Part shown: positions 56,709-64,000 of the stretch, piece by piece
Layout of the letters: each line of letters opens with the position of its first letter
Numbering within the stretch: the stretch's first letter is position 1
From: an uncultured Sphingosinicella sp.
GTDB lineage: Bacteria; Pseudomonadota; Alphaproteobacteria; Sphingomonadales; Sphingomonadaceae
DNA length: 64,000 nucleotides
Reading direction: 5' to 3'
Assembly (NCBI GenBank): GCA_964614625.1
Contig: CAZTPD010000001.1
Coordinates: forward strand, 3,497 to 67,496
The notes under the pieces: generated by a model
Databases searched by the model: none
What the model saw: the letters and a program-made list of their open reading frames with translations, nothing else
Told to the model about the DNA's origin: nothing
Made by a program: the position numbers and the translations under genes

Positions 56709-57895
56709 GCGAAGGCCTCGTAGCGGACATCGGGCGAATCGACCGGGAGATCGGCGAGGCGCGGGCGCACCTCCTCGGCGAAGAGGGTGAGATTCTCCAC
56801 CGTCTCGGCATGATCGAGCGTGCCCGCCTGGCCCATCATCAGCAGGTTGCCGAAGCCGCCGACATCGGCGTGGAACCGCTTGAGCTGCTCGAAGACCTCG
56901 TCGGGCGTGCCGACGAACATCAGCCCCGCGTCGATATATTGCTCGATCGTCGGATCGGACGGGAGCGGGTTGCCGTCCCGCGTGCGCGGACGGATGGCGT
57001 TCGGGCCGGCGCGCAGGATGCGGACATTGTCCGTCACCGAATTGAACCCGGCCGGGTTGCGGAACTGGGGATCGAGACGGGCCGCCGTGCTGAAATAGGA
57101 CTTCATCTTCTCGGCGCGGGCGAAGGCGGTCTCGCGGTCGTTCGCGACCGAGACGACCGCGAGATAGGCGAGCTTGTCGTCGTCCGGCAGGCGGCCGTGC
57201 GCGTCGAGATAGGCCTTGCGATAGCCCGTGAAGACCGATCGGGCGACCGCGCCCGACAGGAAGGTCGCGCAGGTGTAGTCGAGCTGCGCGTGGCGCGCCG
57301 CGCTGCCCGCGCTCGATGCCGTCATCCAGATCGGCGGGCGCGGCTGCTGGACGCAGCGCGGCCACAGGCTGACGACGCGATAGTGGAAATGATCGCCTTC
57401 CCAGGAGAAATTCTCCCCCCGGTTGGTGAGCGCCTCGACGATCAGGTCGTGCGCTTCCCAGAAGCGGTCCATGAACCGGGTCGGCTGCCGGTTGGACATG
57501 AAGATCTCATAGGCCGCGCCCTTGACCATCCCGACCTCGAGCCGTCCCCCCGAGATCGTGTCGACCATCGCGATCTCTTCGGCGACGCGCACCGGGTTCG
57601 ATCGGTTGGCGATGGGGATGCCGAGCGCGAGCAGGCGCGCCCGCTTCGTCTCGCGCGCGAGGATGGCGAGCGTCGTCATGCACGACGTGGACATGCAGGT
57701 CGCGGCGGCATGATGCTCGTTGACCATCAGATCGTAGCCGAGCTCGTCGGCGAGCACATATTCGTCGAGATACCGGTTGAGCAGCAGCCCCGCCTCGGCC
57801 GGGTCGCAATGGGTGGCGGGCAGGGTGACGCGCATCGCCCCCGGCACCTCGAAGGCGGGGTGATAGGCCTGCTCGCTGAATTGCCAGACTTTCAT
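56705..57895 (-). CDS. Luciferase-like (LLM class) flavin-dependent monooxygenase
   Basis: VNEHH, RVAEEIAMVDTISGGRLEVG, QQPRPPIW, VGTPDEV, LFAEEVRP. Confidence 0.92.
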   Translation of the reverse strand: MKVWQFSEQAYHPAFEVPGAMRVTLPATHCDPAEAGLLLNRYLDEYVLADELGYDLMVNEHHAAATCMSTSCMTTLAILARETKRARLLALGIPIANRSNPVRVAEEIAMVDTISGGRLEVGMVKGAAYEIFMSNRQPTRFMDRFWEAHDLIVEALTNRGENFSWEGDHFHYRVVSLWPRCVQQPRPPIWMTASSAGSAARHAQLDYTCATFLSGAVARSVFTGYRKAYLDAHGRLPDDDKLAYLAVVSVANDRETAFARAEKMKSYFSTAARLDPQFRNPAGFNSVTDNVRILRAGPNAIRPRTRDGNPLPSDPTIEQYIDAGLMFVGTPDEVFEQLKRFHADVGGFGNLLMMGQAGTLDHAETVENLTLFAEEVRPRLADLPVDSPDVRYEAFA

Positions 57896-58719
57896 TCGCC
57901 GGTCTCCTGAATTGCCGTCCCGGCCGTGGCGAAGTCCGTGATCGCGCGTGCCGCCGTTTCGGGCTGGTCGGCATAGATGCGGTGCCCGCAGGCCGGCACG
58001 GCCGTGAATTGCGCCTGCTCGATCGCCGCCGCGTAATCGCGGCCGAAATCGATCGGCGCGATCCGATCCTCCTCGCCCCACAGGACGAGGGTCGAAAGCC
58101 TGATCCGGTGCAGGCGGTGGCGCAGCTTGGGATTGTGCAGATAGGGCGACCAGCCGAACAGCGCGACGGCCTCGGCGTTGCGGATGCGGCGCTCGAGCAT
58201 GGCCTCGGGCAGGGCCGCCGGATCGGCGTCCGGCGCCGCGCCGCGCAGGCGCTCCTGCGCCTCGCGCGGCGTCAGCATGAAGATGTCGGCGACCCGCTGC
58301 GCCTTGCGCTCGGCCGTCGCCAGGCCGAAGGGCGCGCCGAGCACGAGGGCGCTGGCGCGGCGCGCGTCCTTGACCAGCATCTCGGCGGCGACCCAGCCGC
58401 CGAAGGAGAAGCCGGCGACGACGAAGTCGTCGAGCCCGAGATGATCGACCAGGTCGAGATAGAAATAAGCGAGATCGTCGATCGAGGTGAAATGAGGCGG
58501 CAGCGCCGATCCGCCGAAACCCGGATGCGACGGCGCGTGGACGGTGAAGTCGCGGGCCAGTAAATCGATCAGCGCCTGCGAATTCTCAATGCCGTCCATG
58601 CCGTGCAGGTACAGAAGCGGCGGCCCGTTGCCCTTGGAGACGATCTCGATCGGCGTGCCCGAGACATCGATAATCCTGGCATCATCGAGAAACGCGCCAT
58701 CGGCCATGGCTTCACTCAT
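57892..58719 (-). CDS. Alpha/beta fold hydrolase
   Basis: YLHG, HPGFGGS, GFSFGG, WGEEDRI, CGH. Confidence 0.88.
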   Translation of the reverse strand: MSEAMADGAFLDDARIIDVSGTPIEIVSKGNGPPLLYLHGMDGIENSQALIDLLARDFTVHAPSHPGFGGSALPPHFTSIDDLAYFYLDLVDHLGLDDFVVAGFSFGGWVAAEMLVKDARRASALVLGAPFGLATAERKAQRVADIFMLTPREAQERLRGAAPDADPAALPEAMLERRIRNAEAVALFGWSPYLHNPKLRHRLHRIRLSTLVLWGEEDRIAPIDFGRDYAAAIEQAQFTAVPACGHRIYADQPETAARAITDFATAGTAIQETGE

Positions 58720-58816
58720 CCCCGCCCACTCCGGTGCTTCATCTGTGTTCGTGTCGCTGGGCTCACTACTTGTCGCTGGCGGCCCATGCGTCCAATTCTT
58801 TGTCCTTGCGGTTTCG

Positions 58817-58831
58817 ATGCCGCATCGGCAT
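58817..58831. promoter_or_regulatory. LysR-type binding site
   Basis: ATGC-N7-GCAT (T-N11-A) immediately upstream of lysR, divergent from the monooxygenase operon. Confidence 0.65.
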
Positions 58832-58840
58832 TGAACGGCC

Positions 58841-59773
58841 ATGGAATTGCGGCATTTGCGGTATTTTCAGGCGGTCGCGCGCGAGGAGCATTTCGGGCGC
58901 GCGGCGCGTGCGATCCGGATCGCGCAGCCGGCGCTGACCCGCCAGATCCGCGATCTCGAGCTGGAGCTCGGCGTCGCGCTGTTCGAACGGCTGCCGCGCG
59001 GCGTGCGGCTGTCCGCCGCCGGCCGGGCCTTCCTCGAGGACACCAATTCCATCCTCGATCAGGTCGAGCGCGCGGTGAACAGGGTGCGCGGCCTGGCCAG
59101 CGGCCATGTGGGAACGGTGCGGATCGGCTTCAGCGAGATCGCCTCGCGCCACCGCGCGATCGCCACCCGGATTCTCGATTTTCGCCTCAGCGAACCGAAT
59201 ATCGAGCTCAATCTGCTGCCGATGAGCTCGCAGGCGCAGCTCGACGCCCTGCGCAGCGGCACGCTCGACGTCGCGATCGTCTACGACGTCCATCACACGC
59301 GCGACGATCTCAAGGCGTTCGACTATATCGATCTCGGCGGCAGCGATTTCGTCCTCGCTCTCTACAAGGGCCATCGGCTGGCGGCGAAGGAGAGGATTCG
59401 CATGCGCGACCTCGCCGGCGAACGCTTCCTGTTCGCCAGCCGCAAGCCCGCGCCGCAATATTACGACCGGCTGATGCAGGCCTGCCTCGCGCACGGCGTC
59501 TCGCCCAACATCATCCAGGAAACCGCCACCCACACCATCCTGCTGAGCCTGGTCGCGGTCGGCATGGGCATCGGCTTCACCGAATATTCGAGCGGGGGGC
59601 CGGCCGACAGCGTCGTTCAGCGCCGGGTCGAGGATTTCGGCGTGAGCTTCCGCGTCCACCTTCTGTGGCGCAGCTCCGATCCCTCGCCGGCGGTGCTGAG
59701 GTTCGTCGAGGCGATGCGCGAATCGGTGCGGACCGATCCGGACGCCGCCAATCCGGACAGCCCGGCGGCCTGA
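58841..59773 (+). CDS. LysR family transcriptional regulator
   Basis: MELRHLRYFQAVA..HFGRAA...QPALTRQIRDLE.ELG..LFER. Confidence 0.95.
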   Translation: MELRHLRYFQAVAREEHFGRAARAIRIAQPALTRQIRDLELELGVALFERLPRGVRLSAAGRAFLEDTNSILDQVERAVNRVRGLASGHVGTVRIGFSEIASRHRAIATRILDFRLSEPNIELNLLPMSSQAQLDALRSGTLDVAIVYDVHHTRDDLKAFDYIDLGGSDFVLALYKGHRLAAKERIRMRDLAGERFLFASRKPAPQYYDRLMQACLAHGVSPNIIQETATHTILLSLVAVGMGIGFTEYSSGGPADSVVQRRVEDFGVSFRVHLLWRSSDPSPAVLRFVEAMRESVRTDPDAANPDSPAA

Positions 59774-59792
59774 TCGGCCCGCGCCGCTCCGG

Positions 59793-60569
59793 TCACTGGC
59801 CGGTCCGGCGCACATGCTCCAGCAACTGGCGCAGCTGGCGGCGATCGCCGATGCCGAGCTTGCGGTAGGCGCGGCGGCGATAGGTCACCACGCTCGAGAT
59901 CGCGAGCCCGGACTCGGCGCCGATCTCGGCCTGGCTCCGGCCCTGCGCCAGTCCGGCCGCGACCTGGGCCTCGCGGCCGGTCAGCTCCGGCCCGGCGGCG
60001 AGCAGCAGCCGCAGCGTCTCGGACGGCGTGTCCGTCTCGCGATCCGTGGCGGCGATCTCGGCATGGCGGGCGACGGCGGCGAGCAGGACGGGCGCGATCC
60101 GCTCGGTCCGGGCGACGTCCTCCGGCGTATAGCCGCCTTGGGTGCGATAGCCGTTGGCCAGGATGGCCCGTGCCCCGCGCCGGCACAGGCTCAGCCGCTC
60201 GGTCACGCCCGCGCGCTCGTAGCAGTCGCGCCGGTGGGCGGGGTCGGCGATGCCGCCCGCCGTGACGCGCACCACCTCGATCCGCGCCGCCGCTATCGGC
60301 CGCAGCCGCCGCGCCAGCATGTCGGCCCGCCAATGCTCGCGGGCATAATCGCGCGAGGCCGCCTGCGCGAAGGCGGGGAGGCCGGCCAGTTCCCCTTCCG
60401 CGAACAGGATTCGCGGCGGCGCGTCGCGCGCGAACAGGAAGGCCGAGCACAAGGTGCTGCCGTTCAGCGCATCCAGCGCCGCGAGGAAGCGGACGGCGAA
60501 ATCCGGGGTGCCGATCGCCGCGATCAGCCGCGCGACCGGGGCCATCGCATCATTGTCTGCATCGGTCAT
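59793..60569 (-). CDS. LuxR-type HTH transcriptional regulator
   Basis: C-terminal LTGREAQVA...G....IG...SVVTYRRRAYRKLGI. Confidence 0.85.
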   Translation of the reverse strand: MTDADNDAMAPVARLIAAIGTPDFAVRFLAALDALNGSTLCSAFLFARDAPPRILFAEGELAGLPAFAQAASRDYAREHWRADMLARRLRPIAAARIEVVRVTAGGIADPAHRRDCYERAGVTERLSLCRRGARAILANGYRTQGGYTPEDVARTERIAPVLLAAVARHAEIAATDRETDTPSETLRLLLAAGPELTGREAQVAAGLAQGRSQAEIGAESGLAISSVVTYRRRAYRKLGIGDRRQLRQLLEHVRRTGQ

Positions 60570-60573
60570 GCCC

Positions 60574-60592
60574 GTCCCCCCGCCGGGGGGAC
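60574..60592. promoter_or_regulatory. Palindromic operator between divergent LuxR-type and VOC genes
   Basis: GTCCCCCC-GCC-GGGGGGAC abutting the regulator start codon. Confidence 0.55.
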
Positions 60593-60667
60593 AGGGTGCG
60601 TTCGCCCCGGCGCTAGGGTAGGATGATGTCGCATCCGAGCGGCGACGAACGGGAGAGAAGGGCTTCG

Positions 60668-61198
60668 ATGATGATGCGGGAACCGGCGCTGAAGGGCCTC
60701 TACCATTATGCCTATGCCTGCCGCGACGCGGAGGAGACCCGGCACTTCTACGAAGACATATTGGGCCTGCCGCTGGTCAACTGCATGGTCAGCGAGCGCG
60801 TGCCGAGCACCGGCGAGGAGCGCCCCTACGCCCACTTCTTCTTCGCCATGGCGGACGGCTCCTACATCGCCTTCTTCGATCTCGGGGAGAACGAGATGCC
60901 CCAGCCCTCGCCGAACGTGCCGTCCTGGGTGGTGCATTTCGCGATGGAGACGGGGTCCGTGGACGCGGTGCTGGCGGCGCGCGAGCGGCTCGTCGCGAAC
61001 GGCATCGAGGTGACGGGCCTGGTCGATCACGGCTTCGTGAAATCCATCTATTTCTTCGATCCCAACGGCCTGCGGCTCGAGGTCACGGCGCGCACCGAGC
61101 CGCCCGGCTTCCTCGAAGAGGCGGCGCGCGACGCGCACGGCGCGCTGGAGCAATGGCGGCGGATCAAGGCCGAACGGCTGGCCGGGCAGGGGGGCTGA
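60668..61198 (+). CDS. VOC/glyoxalase family protein
   Basis: LYHYAY..RDAEETRHFYEDILG, HFAME, SIYFFDPNGLRLE. Confidence 0.88.
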   Translation: MMMREPALKGLYHYAYACRDAEETRHFYEDILGLPLVNCMVSERVPSTGEERPYAHFFFAMADGSYIAFFDLGENEMPQPSPNVPSWVVHFAMETGSVDAVLAARERLVANGIEVTGLVDHGFVKSIYFFDPNGLRLEVTARTEPPGFLEEAARDAHGALEQWRRIKAERLAGQGG

Positions 61199-61209
61199 TC
61201 CGCCGCGGC

Positions 61210-62400
61210 CTAGTCCGCAAGCAGGCCCTTGCGCCGGCACCAATCGGTGATGGTCGCGAGGCAGGTCGCCAGCTGCTCCGGCTGGCCGACATAATAATGG
61301 GTGGCGCCTTCGATGCGGACATGTTCCTTGTCCGGCGTCGCCAGCGCGGCGGCGATCGCGGGATTGTGGGTGGCGGGCACCGCGTCGTCGGCCATGTTCT
61401 CGATCTGGAGCACGGGCGTGAGGCGGATGCGCGCGGCATTGGCCGGGCCTTTGGCGTTGGACAGGTCGTAGCTCCACTGGCTGAGCCATGAGCGCAAGGT
61501 GCAGAAGCGCGCGAGGCCGACCGGCCCGACATTCACCGCGCGCGGATCGCCCATGTAGCACCAGCCCGGCGCGCGCCCGTTCGGATCGATCGCCGGATCG
61601 AGCCAGCGCACGTCGCACATCGTGCGGTGGACGACGAAGGCGCGCTCCTGTTCGGCCGTGCCCAGGCCGCGCAGCCGCTCGAGCTGTTCCTGGCACCACC
61701 GGGTGATGCGGCGATTGCGCGCCACCTGCCGCTCCCGGAAGGCGGCGACGAAATCGGCCGGGTAGGGCGGCCGGGCCGGGCAGTCCGGCGCATAGATGTC
61801 GAAGGCGATGTCGCGCCGGTCGGGGTTCTGCTCGTCGAGCACCGACGGGTCGAGCCATTCGGTGAGCGTCTCGGCGCGGGAAAGGTGCGCGGCGATGAAG
61901 ACGATCCCGTCGGCCGGCATCAGCCCCTCGGCGGTGAGATCGACCGGGTCGCCGGCCGGCGTGTGCGTGATCGTGGGACGTTCGGCCTGGGCCTGGTAGA
62001 AGAGCGACAGCGATCCGCCGCCCGACCAGCCGACCAGCACGACCCTTTCGTAGCCGAGCGGCCCGCGCGCATGGGCGATCCAGCGCCCGAGATCGATCGC
62101 GACCTTCTCCATGATGAGCGCGCTGTCGTTGCGCGGATAGCGGCTCGCGGCGCACAGCACGTCCAGCCCGGCATCGGCCAGCGCGGTCGGCATCGGCAGC
62201 AATTGCAGCGTCGAGGTCGGGTGCATGAAGACGAACAGGGTGCGGTTCGCCGTGCCCGGCCGCCGCAGCAACTGCCCCTCGAGGTTCACGAAGCCGGAAT
62301 TGCCGGCGAAGCCATAGGTCTCGCTGAAGCCCGGGCGATCCGGGAAGGAGACGATCTGCGGCTCGCGCTGCCAGGCGCGCGTGATGGTCGGCTGGTTCAT
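61210..62400 (-). CDS. Alpha/beta hydrolase family protein of unknown function
   Basis: GWSGGG nucleophile elbow, ADDAVP, GATHYY. Confidence 0.8.
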   Translation of the reverse strand: MNQPTITRAWQREPQIVSFPDRPGFSETYGFAGNSGFVNLEGQLLRRPGTANRTLFVFMHPTSTLQLLPMPTALADAGLDVLCAASRYPRNDSALIMEKVAIDLGRWIAHARGPLGYERVVLVGWSGGGSLSLFYQAQAERPTITHTPAGDPVDLTAEGLMPADGIVFIAAHLSRAETLTEWLDPSVLDEQNPDRRDIAFDIYAPDCPARPPYPADFVAAFRERQVARNRRITRWCQEQLERLRGLGTAEQERAFVVHRTMCDVRWLDPAIDPNGRAPGWCYMGDPRAVNVGPVGLARFCTLRSWLSQWSYDLSNAKGPANAARIRLTPVLQIENMADDAVPATHNPAIAAALATPDKEHVRIEGATHYYVGQPEQLATCLATITDWCRRKGLLAD

Positions 62401-62417
62401 TCGCCCGGTCGCTCCGC

Positions 62418-63602
62418 TTAGAGAGGGGTCGCCGTCGCGTCATAGCGGAACAGCCATTCGTAGCGCGCGGCCACCTGGCTCTCCTCCCATTCGCGGTCGA
62501 CATAGTCCTGGGCGGCCGCCGCGTCCGCCAGCACCTGGTTGTGGAAACGGTGGGTGTTGGCGGCGGCGCCCTCGACGACCCGGGTGGTGCGCTCCAGCCG
62601 CGCGGCCTCGTAGCGGCGGAAGGCCTCCTCATGGCCGTCATATTCGCCCATCGCGCGCCCGAGCACGCAGGCATCCTCCAGCGCCATCACCGCGCCCTGG
62701 GCGAGGAACGGCAGCATCGGATGGCAGGCGTCGCCGAGCAGGGTGACCCGGCCGCGTGTCCAGCTCTTCATCGGCGGCCGCGACAGCAGCGCCCAGCGAT
62801 AGGGCGTGTCGATGGCGCGAATGAAGGTCTGGATGTCCTCGTGCCAGCCCGGATAGTCGGCCAGATAGGCCTCGACCGTGGACGGGCAGGACCAGGATTC
62901 GATCTTCCAGTCCTGATTCTCGACGACGCTGGTGAAGTTCATCAGCTCGCCGCGGCGGATCGGATAGTGGATGACATGTCCGCCCGGGCCGATCCAGTTG
63001 GTGCCGACATTGCGGACCAGCCGCTCGGGCAGGCGCTCGACCGGGATGACGCCGCGCCAGGCGACGATGCCGGTGAACTCGGCCGGCCCGCGCCCGAACA
63101 ATTGCTCGCGGATCACCGAATGGACGCCGTCGGCGCCGATCACGACATCGGCGCGCGCATCCGGCGCGTCGGCGAAATGCAGGGTGACGCCGCCCGCCGT
63201 CTCTTCAAGCCCGGTGCATTTGTGGTTCAGCCGGACGGCTTCGGGCCTGAGCGCGCGGATCGCATCGGCGAGTGCATCGTGCAGGTCGCTGCGATGGACG
63301 GTGATATAGGGATAGCCGTAACGCTCGACGGACGTCGCGCCGAGATCGAACAGCTTCCAGGTCTGGCCGGTGTTCCACAGCCGGATCTCCTTGCCCTCCG
63401 GCTCGGCCGCGCGCGCGGCGATCGCGTCGAGGACGCCGAGCGCGGCGAGCACCCGGGTGCCGTTGGCGCTGACCTGCAAGCCCGCGCCGACCTCGCCCAA
63501 TTGCTCCGCCTGCTCATAGACGACGACGTCGAAACCGCGCCGCAGCAATGCCAGTGCCGCCGCCAGTCCGCCGATACCCGCTCCGACAATCGCTATCCGC
63601 AT
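62418..63602 (-). CDS. Class A FAD-dependent aromatic monooxygenase (salicylate / 3-hydroxybenzoate / 6-hydroxynicotinate hydroxylase-like)
   Basis: GAGIGG, IGADGVHS, LLGDACHPMLPFLAQGAVMALED. Confidence 0.92.
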   Translation of the reverse strand: MRIAIVGAGIGGLAAALALLRRGFDVVVYEQAEQLGEVGAGLQVSANGTRVLAALGVLDAIAARAAEPEGKEIRLWNTGQTWKLFDLGATSVERYGYPYITVHRSDLHDALADAIRALRPEAVRLNHKCTGLEETAGGVTLHFADAPDARADVVIGADGVHSVIREQLFGRGPAEFTGIVAWRGVIPVERLPERLVRNVGTNWIGPGGHVIHYPIRRGELMNFTSVVENQDWKIESWSCPSTVEAYLADYPGWHEDIQTFIRAIDTPYRWALLSRPPMKSWTRGRVTLLGDACHPMLPFLAQGAVMALEDACVLGRAMGEYDGHEEAFRRYEAARLERTTRVVEGAAANTHRFHNQVLADAAAAQDYVDREWEESQVAARYEWLFRYDATATPL

Positions 63603-63731
63603 AGGCCTCCCCTGATCGACGGATTTTAAATACTATAGAACGACATTCGTCAATAACATATACTGGAATGCGTCGCTATCGACGGCCCCGGCCGTTGTCG
63701 CTAGGCTCGCGGCAGGGGAGAAGGGAGCTCT

Positions 63732-64000
63732 ATGGCGAGAGAGTCATCGCGGCCGGCCGACCAGCGCCGCCGGGTCCAGTCGATCGAGGTGGGATTCCGC
63801 GTGATCCGCGCGCTGCAGGCGGCCGAGGAGCCGCTGGCGCTGCGCGACATCGCCCGCGCCGCCGACATGCCGCCCAGCAAGGCGCATCTCTATCTCAGCA
63901 GCTTCCTGCCCGAAGGCCTGGTCTTCCAGGACAGCCATACCGGCCGTTACGGGCTCGGCGACTATGCGATCGAGCTTGGTCTGTCGGCGATCCGGCAGCT
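63732..64000 (+). CDS. IclR family transcriptional regulator (runs off window end)
   Basis: Manual translation MARESSRPADQRRRVQSIEVGFRVIRAL...MPPSKAHLYLSSF; close paralog of 34855-35655; absent from the ORF track. Confidence 0.88.
   Translation, partial: MARESSRPADQRRRVQSIEVGFRVIRALQAAEEPLALRDIARAADMPPSKAHLYLSSFLPEGLVFQDSHTGRYGLGDYAIELGLSAIRQ

Noticed and set aside
1-64000. CRISPR arrays, rRNA, tRNA, long tandem repeats
   Set aside because: No regularly spaced repeats or RNA gene signatures seen by eye; small ncRNAs or riboswitches cannot be excluded without a covariance-model search

Overview
GC-rich alphaproteobacterial DNA, most likely a sphingomonad (three TonB-dependent receptors, ferA/ferB-type genes). 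It is almost entirely accessory catabolism; I saw no rRNA, tRNA or CRISPR array. (1) 1-14285: a catabolic module (aldehyde dehydrogenase, IclR, TBDR, hydantoinase/oxoprolinase A and B, ABC transporter, methyltransferase) bounded by an IS6-family element on the right and by the right end of a second, same-orientation IS6 copy at the window start. (2) 14489-18862: a PAS-GGDEF-EAL-PilZ protein fused to a truncated tyrosine-recombinase domain, followed by a RoxA-like diheme protein. (3) 18889-43265: aromatic/hydroxycinnamate catabolism genes sharing a recurring ATAAG-N5-STGAC operator-like motif. (4) 43409-48459: a translationally coupled five-gene operon (GNAT, ThiF, membrane protein, YghO/bCerS-like GNAT, nitroreductase) that looks like a split, expanded oxazolone/N-acyl-amino-acid biosynthetic system; this is the best candidate for an undescribed system. 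(5) 48661-64000: a second SBP and TBDR, a flavin-monooxygenase/extradiol-dioxygenase operon with its own ribB, and further regulators and oxygenases. Product calls come from motifs read by eye, not from database searches.
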